Virus record (IMG/VR): IMGVR_UViG_3300037634_004572
Coordinates: 1-27,472 of that record
Length of the DNA: 27,472 nucleotides
Origin: a virus
Lineage: Duplodnaviria > Caudoviricetes
Strand: one strand, 5' to 3'
The position numbers and the translations under genes were made by a program. Positions 19,701 to 27,000 of this stretch are shown in pieces; positions within the stretch are counted from its first letter, which is position 1; each line of letters opens with the position of its first letter. The notes under the pieces are model-generated. The model was not told the origin of the DNA, searched no databases, and saw only the letters and a program-made list of their open reading frames with translations.

Positions 19701-20281
19701 GCGAGCGTTCCGTCAGATGTATAAATATCTGTGTCGTAATAATTTGATGCTGTAAATTGCGTATGGAAAGAGCCCGTAACCATACCACCTTCAACGGCGT
19801 GGGGGCCACCAAGAATTTTAATATAATCTGCACTAGTATCTTTTACACTCCAGACAGAATATTTAACAGGGCCGTCTGAAAATTTACCTTTGGCGAGCCT
19901 GGTCGCTGCTGCATTATTATCGGAACTTAAAACAGCATATCCAGTTGTCCGAGGATACTTATTATCAAAAACATAAATATCAAGGTAAGTTGATTCGTTG
20001 TGGAACGCTGTTATCTCTTCTTGTGAACCATCATAAGGAAACTTATTATAGATTCTTGAGATAGCGTCTTCATAATATGACTGGGCCGAGCCATATTGAA
20101 CGAAATTGTGAGGATCCTCAAAATCAATCTGAGGTATAAAACGGTTAATCCGTTCGATCTGCTCTCTAACGTTGTCAGCAGATTCTAGCTCTGGAGCGTT
20201 CTTAACAATTTCTTCTTCTAGATTTGTTGAAATAAGAATATCGCTTGACTTATTGGAATCAAATAGCTTTTTAATGCTCAT
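10748..20281 (-). CDS. Giant baseplate wedge protein (T4 gp7 / P2 gpI-like core) with LamG/concanavalin A-like domains, 3177 aa
   Basis: The wedge motif YNNLIYLYKSKGTEKAFRNLIRCYGI (about 18360-18440) is preceded by SIIDSIPGWI. LamG signatures TEFW...DTWNHIALTF...FYLNGKL...SGSIDEFRYWK...LGVYYKFNEG...DYSG lie at about 18950-19660, with a second LamG-like unit at about 17400-18150. Position is downstream of the gp6-like gene. Confidence 0.75.
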   Translation of the reverse strand: MSIKKLFDSNKSSDILISTNLEEEIVKNAPELESADNVREQIERINRFIPQIDFEDPHNFVQYGSAQSYYEDAISRIYNKFPYDGSQEEITAFHNESTYLDIYVFDNKYPRTTGYAVLSSDNNAAATRLAKGKFSDGPVKYSVWSVKDTSADYIKILGGPHAVEGGMVTGSFHTQFTASNYYDTDIYTSDGTLALDRVGTRESNLKFSLSNGVTTEFWLNVNSDWPQSSHTPSRPQAQIIYDQWNGAASSSADYGRLLIYLSGSGDDQNPIQVHLASGSNVWDMEFGGSTTLTSSLTDTWNHIALTFVTGASQFDASFYLNGKLQQTNTNTSIETFGEITGSLIGYIGTLATTVSGSPRISDDGTMGPGSNAYSGSIDEFRYWKTKRTEKDIQHNWWTQVRGGTNNEVANAELGVYYKFNEGIVGTSSIDSVALDYSGRISNGAWTNYPGSSARNVGSAIVSSSAVVSGTVEYKDPIIYSTHPDVVSLYNELSATGSVFDYENQASIIDSIPGWIIDQEEAEGSGDLKKLTQIIGSYLDTLHLQVEALPTLIDNTYLSSSNKPTPFMKNLLSSRGLAVPEIFVDADLLERFANRRSDRKYELDLHDVKNLIYKNIYNNLIYLYKSKGTEKAFRNLIRCYGIGDEIVKFNAYGNNTTFKFEDTDYASTVRKNFVDFNHPDRFTGVVYQNSSSTNAETTGITHISGTNKYFANTAEIEVVFPKKLEFVDSAYFDTPFVSSSVFGYHHAAADPNDHGWPALAANDKSVQLYAVKTSLNSPHVYFHLKSPAGSFNLTSSAYSNVYDNQKWNFAVRFKHKKWPYANGLTGSSTSDKVVLEWYGVNVEHGIIKNNFLLTASSLDDEFLQDERRYYVGASRTDNTSSVLVKSDVRVSSLRHWATYLEDSVIIQHAKDSDNVGTLHPSRNAVFMGNSAGSDADNTTLLNASALALHWDFSQVTGSDSSGIFTVEDAASGSTSLQGRYNNDGNISHIIANQYSGRGYFPNSVSSTNMISKEYLSDRKQRLPEVLSMDDAVNVLSRDDELFPRDPAVSQMFFAFEKSMYGVISQEMVNMFGTITEFNNLIGEVTHKYRDDYKGLRLLREMFFEKIQNDPDLDKFIDFYKWIDASLIIFLQQFVPASADVSEDIRVMVEDHILERSKYRHQYPMLDYKGNERWGADDSGGGTKLEARVKGINELTYNWQYGHAPIRHVHLDSDQTTGARWWKERSERSNPGFNVATSIDSARQSINDIILSFNSASAEKFNTGAGPTGVYEGSTYAIRRFTNSLRTTINISTQIGGGYNYPRGQKPDALFSIIKRGSTTDRYDATKGSFKDINIAEAGPPIIQTKRKFPAQLITENLDSNSYATNKFGLPAVVYSSSAGSTGYRSATSGDEYAGLHNDSYGDDYDVPMQGPFPQEHVGGHRHRHVDITIDPTLTSSVNRPEAWHLNNGRFRSNDSTFVQPSTSPQYRRDQIAKRPFNIKNIQHTTASVKLGNFNKRYEVVQTSDRRTNNSEFVKSEGFSTASITTDLLGYVGGLVDYAKPTRTRREHVIVERFSAPGGPEVAGDTIGGAGLDYESGQYSPYNNLNYRNTTVRQPLQTLLTERSERFGLRSGSAVSVADYTGVTASYHKIHRNSLIRLESGSTDANPVVSASVHDNYYVRHMIPRSDFQYSWITASTDRFDAELGAANNIIGYFPYDGLARVSSSVGYSYVSAVNFASASENGSGYSSGGDRIIQQKDDSYLAGTFVPNNYVGMNTNIIDKIRPNQYTVGFPLTKDVKNYINHGDIGDAAVGANPNSFIQNMTDNVATRAATFNGIIHYRGGPYGYSTWKQIRIGQGQLARHYRKNNVYTHTPDRGDVVTVEVPDGTKTIRQSNGTTISATQSVVTQRYYPIVYELEVRTGETNGRILRTSDIVVKTSFVNDIFLFDDNDFAKELVSPQKVHRAMSRTSYKQIIDDYNIHESFLDEDSPIVQIKKLKYRETVYPSAKYSHTEKIRGRTNYENNFWRDLRADRTTKAASKKITNSAGWSVNQSAWALDAGELFATNEQAKNAGEAFLAATGGIVANDATGYSPGELQNKYTHFVQQEPLGSSFTVRSALRRPGALYARKHIFPFSSSVSRIHDMKEKISVTVGASNAQMLPTASIGSGEAHWDTPTLAGRYKGTSSIFVSASVNPFYDSYDEYFADVKPKGKSYSIIPEFRISEHLDFYDLSGGNFLEENSKFLTIAGVPTESRLPQNSAEDDFFTIFTNSDFMKYFEVVARDGKKQGGILEPSEIKLRCKAIKKFIPYDGFYPAERSLQLATQFSKSFGPDVNTVGTDAPSSGDGHRALHTLMKPFFSPGIFYNTIKSGMAVDYPIMTGSITTHRQYKYTGSADGDVGNRYKVTASYAIGSNSRYYSRNNTTALEQFTNPGRTHNDGWDYRVPFEALVEPTKYIYGKSIVNDEPTDFAGMDITASWGSVFASSNKNYTNMMHNFLAETTNFFMKNGRPTTFKSLPEEEFEAMTAGQPYGMRIKIYRSLETGSVNPPTGSWGSYPIPQYISGSSKTNFTMYSRPSAFGPPVATVEIADADDSVKLAGVSTYGITGSHEFSPANGVYASHTPPYYDGEAWIDIIYYPYRSFASASVAGNVIFSYDNTDPVKPTVDDLHTLSLIPSITPGVSIGGLSEDGVHDARIGAGGTYVRYWRFDQEALTRDSTAGPKEKIPNSTYHDISARSGPMAGPWANIWSMQGDSSLNIFEKFVDKKGRSRWKIQTKFETPMLNFNYLADADITKSTATVTAGAVNNTIPRGMWHQFGRLPRGDEGVYIQLSDIPDEWLTNQPSSSVIFDPGGHFDRRNAFSQTAANTETAGIPSALSGYRLPQNMVGDLGNDQNNAPVTERPKSLVDICGFSTDPKRVGELRYRKKVFEAVVAVPFIEVNGERRFFNIPTPNTTLYKADGDDKMAGKSIKRLEKMLKKYVFPPSFDFVHNNPEHGIIDVPAVAMYVFEFSHKFTRNDLSHIWQNLPPKLGTNPQAAMTWVRHPLLVNELLGWDGEVSIDYALAKGRDIPKKIDLRLKEFPEKLQWMVFKVKQRAKTDYFQSIGRTVEKKTTTTLTGPDTPDIVETTEVPLVSDVPFYTYNWPYDFFSLVELAEIDAEVTFQPTKRAIRTRNKKRAAAEEALKERTKQRKKRLLDITPEEDER

Positions 20282-20298
20282 ATTTAAATCTGCCTTGA

Positions 20299-21828
20299 CT
20301 ATTCAACTTTGAATTTAAAAGTTTCTGGCTGCTCGACCCAACTCCCGATGTCTTCATTATAAAATGTTAATTTTATTCCATACATATAGCCAGTCTCAAA
20401 CATGTTCATGTCCAAATCAAAATATGAACCCGATGCGTCATAGGACATAATTGTGTGCTTATCGCTACCTGTGCCATGTGGAATAACCTTTAGTTCGTCT
20501 ATTATTCTGAAGATTTCGTAAGAGCCGCTTTCGGCAACCTCTACTTCCGGTGTGCTTAGCGCCTTAGTGTAAATAGTCGGACTCCAATCTTTTTGGCGAG
20601 TGTACACCCTAAACCTTGCTGTCTCATCGGAACGATAATAATTCTTAAGGTTTGTTATTGATGTTACATAATCGTTCGTCGGAGCTATGGAAGAGCCGTA
20701 AATTTTCTGTGGCTTGATAGACCCGGTATAATACTGTACCGCGGTGGAGGCATCGGTAACTGAATCAGAACCACTAAACCACACATCATATAAAGTAGAA
20801 ATAGGTGTGGCCGCGGAGGTAAGAGCAACAGACGCAGAATAGATCCCCGTTGAAACGAGCCCGCCAGTAACAACTGTTGGTGAGGCCGCAAGAACATGAG
20901 TCCCATCAGCCACAAATTGAATTGTGGAGCCGGATGGCGCCGTATCACCACTAGAACCCGAATAAAAACTTACCCGAATAGTGTCAGTTCCTATAGCCGG
21001 TATATTTCTTAAACGTCCTCGGAAATAATTATAGAAATATATCGTATTTAAGTTTTCTATTGCTGTTGCTAGTGAACTACTGTAATAAAAATTCCCTCTA
21101 TCGTCCTGTATAGAAGAATCCCAGCGAGCCTCGATACATGGTTGTTTGAAGAAAAACTCAGTGCCGCGGGCAAAAAACTTCTTTGTATAGTACGAGCGTG
21201 CGGCAGATTCATAAGTATTAGAAATAAATATTCCAACTCCCTCATCTTCTTTCTGCCCCAAGTTGGATGAAGACAACCATTGTTCAACAAGAGTTGTTAT
21301 GTCAATCTCTATGTCTTCAGTTCCTCCATCAAAAGAAGCCGTGAAAGAGGAGGAAGCGTCAGAAAAATAATCTCCACCTTCCGTAGTCCATGCGTGATCC
21401 CCGGCCGATCGAGAAGCTATACGATTAATCCAGTTTGAATTTCCCTTATCTTTATACGCCTCCATGTCGAGTCCAGTGCCTTCGGTCCACCCACCAGATA
21501 CAGCCGTGACATCCATCGTAAAACTTTTTGGGAGGGTTTGGCCATGAGGGGTGTTAAATACTCTCAAATAGAAATTAATAGAACCCGATGCCGGAATTGT
21601 TCCAGCAGCTCTATCAGTCTGAATTGAATTTGAAGAAGCCGTGACATCAAACTTAATCAGAGCGCGGGATTTTTCAGCAGAGGTGCTGCTGGCTTGCGCA
21701 TAAATAGAAAATACTTCCAAGATATCGGATGCACCCATGTTTGCGCCCGTGCCGCGAGTGGTAAGGTTTTCTTCGAAAGCGTTAGTAATGGTGTTATCTT
21801 TCTTAGCGAAGTATCTCTTAATAGCCAT
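20299..21828 (-). CDS. DNRLRE-like domain virion protein, 509 aa
   Basis: The pattern KDNTI...NMGASDILEV...SRALIKFDV...WTEGTG...W...AWTTEGGD is typical of DNRLRE-type beta-sandwich domains. Beta-rich C-terminal domain; TAATG coupling to the gp6-like gene. Confidence 0.65.
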   Translation of the reverse strand: MAIKRYFAKKDNTITNAFEENLTTRGTGANMGASDILEVFSIYAQASSTSAEKSRALIKFDVTASSNSIQTDRAAGTIPASGSINFYLRVFNTPHGQTLPKSFTMDVTAVSGGWTEGTGLDMEAYKDKGNSNWINRIASRSAGDHAWTTEGGDYFSDASSSFTASFDGGTEDIEIDITTLVEQWLSSSNLGQKEDEGVGIFISNTYESAARSYYTKKFFARGTEFFFKQPCIEARWDSSIQDDRGNFYYSSSLATAIENLNTIYFYNYFRGRLRNIPAIGTDTIRVSFYSGSSGDTAPSGSTIQFVADGTHVLAASPTVVTGGLVSTGIYSASVALTSAATPISTLYDVWFSGSDSVTDASTAVQYYTGSIKPQKIYGSSIAPTNDYVTSITNLKNYYRSDETARFRVYTRQKDWSPTIYTKALSTPEVEVAESGSYEIFRIIDELKVIPHGTGSDKHTIMSYDASGSYFDLDMNMFETGYMYGIKLTFYNEDIGSWVEQPETFKFKVE

Positions 21829-23624
21829 TATCTCACAGTACCTTTAATATCAATTAGAGGATATTTAATCTCCAGAATAACGTTGTCTGGGACGGACAAA
21901 TATCTTCCATCCAAAGACATATATTTATTAATATTTAATCCGGATGAAGAGTAGCTCCCTCCAATATTATTAATAAGTTTTACTTTAGATGTATCGACCA
22001 CTCCTCTTACCTTATTCAGCGCAGTATAGACATCAGTTACATAAAAACGCTCTCCTATATACATGGTTCTAGCGAATTTGTCTCTTAGGGCTCTAATACA
22101 AGAATCCAAAACATCATATCTGTTTACCTCTGTGCTGGAAACTACTTCGAAATCGATCCCTATATTGATTATCTTTACGTCCAAAATGTCAACAGTATCA
22201 TTTATCATTCGATAACGGTTTAAGTGTGTTTTCAAATTTTCTTTGAGGGCCGTGTTTGATTGAATCAAGAGGTTATTTGAATCTTCTGACACAACATATA
22301 AATTCAAATTCCTTTTGAGAGAGTCTTGGTCTCTGACCGCCCTACATCTTTTAACAGCCCCAAACTTACCCGGCATCATATAAGTTATTGCTTCATAATC
22401 GTTAGCTGTTACGGCACGATTTTGACTTGGAAAATAATTTATTGCTTGAATTCTAGTTTCTTCTACACTTGGAGTTCGAACTGAACCCACCAACGGGTCT
22501 TCATTAAAGCATTCCAAACTTATTATGACATCGGTCGCGGTGGCTGTTGAAGAGATTGTTGGATCATTGAACTCAAAAACAGGATTAATCACGTTGGTTA
22601 TAGAACCGACGGCTGCGTTAGCAGACTCCGCAGTATTTTCGCGGGTGGTAATGGTCAATGTCGTGTTCGCTGGCCCTATCCCTAGTTTGTCGGTGCCCAC
22701 CAAATCAGATGGGTCAAACGTGGCATCTGTTACATAATTTTTAGAATGCCTCTGTAGGACTACTGTAGAGGGCTCGGCAACACTCGGTGTAGCAATTTGT
22801 GACTCGGAGCCATAACCAAAGGTTAAAGTGGTACCATTCACGTCTTTCGTAGTTGTAAATCTCCTAGTTGCGATAAACGGTCTCATAAGAGATGGTGCGT
22901 TGTCTCTTGTATTGCTATCTCTATTCGGTACCGCCTTATAAACAACATCATGAGATAAATATTCTACCTCAAAATACTCATGGCCGGCTGAATCAAAAAC
23001 GCTTACTATCTCAACAATGTTTGGATCTGCCAAACGGACGGTCTTAAATCTCTCAAAGTCATACACCGAAACTGTTTTTATATTAAACTTTCCAGATATA
23101 ATCTGTCCTTGGGCTTTAACAGCATAGTTTATCGTATTACCTGTTATTTGATTTGTTGTGGCTGCGACGACCTCATTAGACGGGTTATCAAAACGAACAT
23201 CTTCTGTTAAAATGAAGCTGGCGCCAGATTTCGAACTCACAATCGTATTAGCCTTCAATATAGGCATATAGTTCGTATTCGGACCAAGCCCTGTTGAGTT
23301 AGCAGGAACAATCGCGTAAAAGGAAACGATGCCGGTGGTGGCCATGGCGCCCTTAAACTTATAACCAAGCTGTCTGGCCAAACGAAGTACATTGTTGTAT
23401 TCAACGGCAGTATCGATAAAAGACTCATTAACCTGATAGTCCAGGTAGAAAGACATTATGTCACCGACATAGGCAACAGTATCTAACATTAAAGAACCAA
23501 AAGATGCTTCACTAAAATCCTTAAATGTATCCGGATAATATCGTTTAGCATAGTTGACCAAATCATCCCTAATCGAGTCGAAGTCGCGACTAGTATAATC
23601 TATAGATACATTTCTCTTGGCCAT
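21828..23624 (-). CDS. gp6: Baseplate wedge subunit, T4 gp6 / baseplate J-like, 598 aa
   Basis: Hallmark motifs IDYTSRDFDSIR...FKDFSEASFGSLMLDTVAY...NESFIDTA...LARQLGY and SQNRAVTANDYE; SD AGGAG; follows the gp25-like gene. Confidence 0.92.
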   Translation of the reverse strand: MAKRNVSIDYTSRDFDSIRDDLVNYAKRYYPDTFKDFSEASFGSLMLDTVAYVGDIMSFYLDYQVNESFIDTAVEYNNVLRLARQLGYKFKGAMATTGIVSFYAIVPANSTGLGPNTNYMPILKANTIVSSKSGASFILTEDVRFDNPSNEVVAATTNQITGNTINYAVKAQGQIISGKFNIKTVSVYDFERFKTVRLADPNIVEIVSVFDSAGHEYFEVEYLSHDVVYKAVPNRDSNTRDNAPSLMRPFIATRRFTTTKDVNGTTLTFGYGSESQIATPSVAEPSTVVLQRHSKNYVTDATFDPSDLVGTDKLGIGPANTTLTITTRENTAESANAAVGSITNVINPVFEFNDPTISSTATATDVIISLECFNEDPLVGSVRTPSVEETRIQAINYFPSQNRAVTANDYEAITYMMPGKFGAVKRCRAVRDQDSLKRNLNLYVVSEDSNNLLIQSNTALKENLKTHLNRYRMINDTVDILDVKIINIGIDFEVVSSTEVNRYDVLDSCIRALRDKFARTMYIGERFYVTDVYTALNKVRGVVDTSKVKLINNIGGSYSSSGLNINKYMSLDGRYLSVPDNVILEIKYPLIDIKGTVR

Positions 23625-23643
23625 ATAAAAAATCTCCTATCGT

Positions 23644-23651
23644 TAAATAGT
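23644..23651 (-). promoter_or_regulatory. ACTATTTA box, putative phage late promoter
   Basis: Exact copy 19 nt upstream of the ATG at 23624 and 5 nt before SD AGGAG. Confidence 0.65.
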
Positions 23652-23662
23652 ACCGCGGACCG

Positions 23663-24067
23663 TTAAATCGTAACTGGTATAGTCAAATTGGATACTATGT
23701 TTGCTGCCGGAATATGATACTTTATAACTATGCTAAGTCTTGTGTTGTCGGTTTCGGCCGTGCGGGTACCTTGTACTCTGGGGCTGAATACCAAAAGTTC
23801 TTTAAGTGTGATATACGGTAGATATTTCGAAACTTGAGCCGAAATATTGTTTTTAATAGTTTCCAACGTCCCACCGACATTTTGCTCAAAAAGATACTTT
23901 CTTATTCCGACACCAAACTCTGGAATCATCATGCGTTCGCCAGGACTAGTCAATATCACCATTTTTAAATTTTGTTCAGCTAGATCTTTTATATTCTTAT
24001 TTAAGCCATATAATCCATCGATTGGGTCCACTCTAAGTGGCAACGAAACTGAAATGCCCTCGGCCAT
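23663..24067 (-). CDS. gp25: Baseplate wedge protein, T4 gp25 / P2 gpW-like (sheath initiator)
   Basis: The motif QNLKMVILTSPGERMMIPEFGVGIRKYLFE is diagnostic of the GPW/gp25 family. I moved the start from GTG 24073 to ATG 24067 because SD GGAGGG (24075-24080) is 7 nt from that ATG. Confidence 0.93.
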   Translation of the reverse strand: MAEGISVSLPLRVDPIDGLYGLNKNIKDLAEQNLKMVILTSPGERMMIPEFGVGIRKYLFEQNVGGTLETIKNNISAQVSKYLPYITLKELLVFSPRVQGTRTAETDNTRLSIVIKYHIPAANIVSNLTIPVTI

Positions 24068-24086
24068 GATCACACCCTCCTATTAA

Positions 24087-24094
24087 TAAATAGT
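24087..24094 (-). promoter_or_regulatory. ACTATTTA box, putative phage late promoter
   Basis: Exact copy 1 nt after the upstream stop, 19 nt upstream of the ATG at 24067 and 5 nt before SD AGGAGGG. Confidence 0.65.
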
Positions 24095-24095
24095 A

Positions 24096-27000
24096 TTATC
24101 CGCACTCATCCCCATCAACGTTATAAGGATTACGATATATTCTTCTGCCGCGCTCCCACCAACGTAAGCCGTCTTCATAATTAACCTTCGGTCGGATAAG
24201 ATCGCGGAAGTTGTCGGCTTGGTTCTTGGAGCCGAATTTATTCTCAACTTCGAAGTCTATAGCCTGGGACGCGTCATATAAACTATTGAAGACTGTCGCG
24301 GCCGTTGTGCGAGAATGGTGCGAAGTTTTATTTCCGCGAATCCACTTCCTGAATTTCTTATGCCTGCGACCTCCTGGCACCTCCCACAAATCGCCTCCCT
24401 GGTCCGGATAGCCGACGTTTCCAATAGAAGCAAAGAAGGCCATAATAGAATAAACTGCCATAAAAGATATATATCTTGGTAATGGAAAGAGATATTTAAA
24501 CATGAACTTATACTCTGGGGTTTTTACTAAGTCCTGTATCAAACAAAATATCGGTGGGACAACAACGGGGGGGTTTGCTTCGCTGTCCACTTTATCGTAA
24601 GACTTCGGATCAAATAAAGCATAGTTCTGATCTGGTATATCAACCTCCGCGTAGGCGATCGGAATTAGATATCTGTCGCCTCCCCCTCCCGCCTTAACTC
24701 GGAAAGCCTTTTCTCTCACACAGGTTTCATCATCGATGGTAGCCATTATATCATCAAACTTATCGTTATCCGATGCTTGAAGTTGATAACATATTCTAAG
24801 ACCAAATCTCCAGCCTATCTTCTCAATCTCGTGGCTGTGACCATCCTCGATATCGGGCTCGGCGTCGATATCGGGCTCCTCGTCCGGGAGCGGGAGGGCC
24901 GGCCAGCGCTGGACTTCGAAGTCAACAACCTCGTGACGGTGTTCGAGGCCTTGGGCATCAATATATAATGAGGTTTGGCCGTTGCCTTCCTCATCTAATT
25001 CATACTCGTGAGTATGATTTTCTATCATGGTGGTCTCACCCCCATAATTGCCCGATCCTTCTTCCCGAGCAGGGCCAAAACTTTGCTCCGGATCCTCAGC
25101 GTCCCAGGCCTCCGCGGTTCCATCTTGGGCGGGGGGGTCGATTCGAGGTGGGTTCCCCCAAAAATCTGAAATCTTGCCCTCTAAGCCTTCGGATTTTTTA
25201 CGCTTAACATATTCGTCCCAATCATTCATGTTGACGATATTATATAAGTTGGAGGTGCGGCCGCGGACTTCCCAGGGTGTGCCGTTGTCCTTCTCTATAA
25301 TTCTAATGTATTTCTCCAAAACAAAGGGCCACGGCCGGCCGGTGGCCGAGGGCTGTATATTATAATCCGCGGGGTTAAACGGGTTGGACATAACATCAAA
25401 AGGACCCTCGTTTATACCCTTGTCAACCGCCTCTCCAGAATACACGCCTCCGCGGATCCATTGATCATTTAATAAAAATGTGTGGTCTACATTGTTAACA
25501 ATGGGGGGGATTTTAGTGCTAAAGGTTTCTCTAATTGATTCAAATTCTTTCCTGATATACCTTCTCATTAACACAACTGCATATCCTTCTGTTTCTCTAA
25601 TCGTTTTCTCGAAGGCTTGCTCTTTCGCTATTTTGGCTGCGTTTTTGTTGAACCTAGTGCTGCCCGCACCCACACCAGTTGCTCGTGCGCCGGCGGGGGT
25701 GGAGAAAACCTTCGCAAACATTCCGTTGCCTTTGATGGCAGCATCAGATAAGGCGGCGAGATCTCCATCGTATTTATTATAAAAGTTTCGTACTGTTTCT
25801 ATTAGCGCTTCAAAGGCTATATCTTCCCCTTTGGTAAGATGTTCCTTTTCAGGATCCTCGTCTCGGTCAGCCCACCGGGCTAGAAGATCGGAATCAATCA
25901 TTCTCTTTGTGTTATTAACACATTGTTCTAAGAAGCGATAATAATACTCATCATCAGTTTTCCCGGTTCTTTTCCGGCCATCATCTGGGAGGCCCTGGCG
26001 GATTCTATCGGCTGCGAGAGCCAGGAGTAAATCGCCATAGTTATGCTCGGAGAAACCAAAAGCCACAAATACCGGTATAGCTCTAAGAAACATGTCAACA
26101 CAATATATTCTTATTGTCGCGCGGATGGCGCCATCAATATTCGCGGCATCAAATGATGTCATGATCTTATCGTATGGCGCCTCGGAAGTACACAAAGGGT
26201 CCTGTGATAAACGGGGATCTGGGAGGAGTTTGTCGGATAGTTCGCTAACTTCATTTGTTAAGTCTTCCAGACTATAAACGGGCTTTGAATATGGATCACA
26301 ACCAGAAACTTCCGGAACTAATATGTCAGCCAAATCCATCCAGCCTGTATGTTTTCTCTCTTGTACATAGAAAGGGGGTGGAACCGTTTCGGGAAAAAGT
26401 TTCCCTAGCGCGCCTCCATATTCCCGGGGGTCCAAATGTATGATTTTCGGCTCTTTGTCAGGATTATAACCAAACTTAAAAGCCCTTGAGAAGTTCGAGA
26501 GATTGATCGGATGGTCCGGTCCGCCGTCGCCCTTACTAGTCTTTCCGGTGGCAATAAGTGTTGATATCCTTGTCAAAAATCCTGTGGATATCTCATCAAA
26601 AAGTGATATCTTTCGGGACAAGGGTTTATCAGTGTCGGCGGGGCCGGCGGCGAGTCTCCGAGCCTCGGCGGCGGCGTTGACGGCGATGACGGCGGCCGCG
26701 GGGGTACCGATGCCGGGCACGGCGGCGGTGGCGAGGAGCGCCGCCGCGGCGGCGTCGGAGTCGACGGTGACTTCTACACGCTCTTCTTCAATATCGGGAA
26801 TATACTCACGATTATCTTTTGCAAAATAATTTCTAAAAGGCTTTCTATCAGTTAGTTCGCGAGCAAGAGATGAATTAGACGAATTGTCTACCAATATCTT
26901 GGCAAAATATCTATAAAAAGCCTCTACCTCATATGAATCACTTACATCGTCAGGAATCTCTAAACTATCTATAATATCTTTAACATCTCCGGGGGGTGCG

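Noticed and set aside
23641-23668. Direct repeat cgttaaat at 23641 and 23661
   Set aside because: An 8-nt pair overlapping the ACTATTTA box and the stop codon; too short to support a separate element.
2656-24110. Cys near the C-termini of three proteins (YCKKV, DCPDY, DECG) as a disulfide cross-link signal
   Set aside because: Too few cases and no shared context; cannot be distinguished from chance here.
4515-26770. Diversity-generating retroelement explaining the GC-rich patches
   Set aside because: No reverse transcriptase and no template/variable repeat pair differing at adenines are visible in this window.
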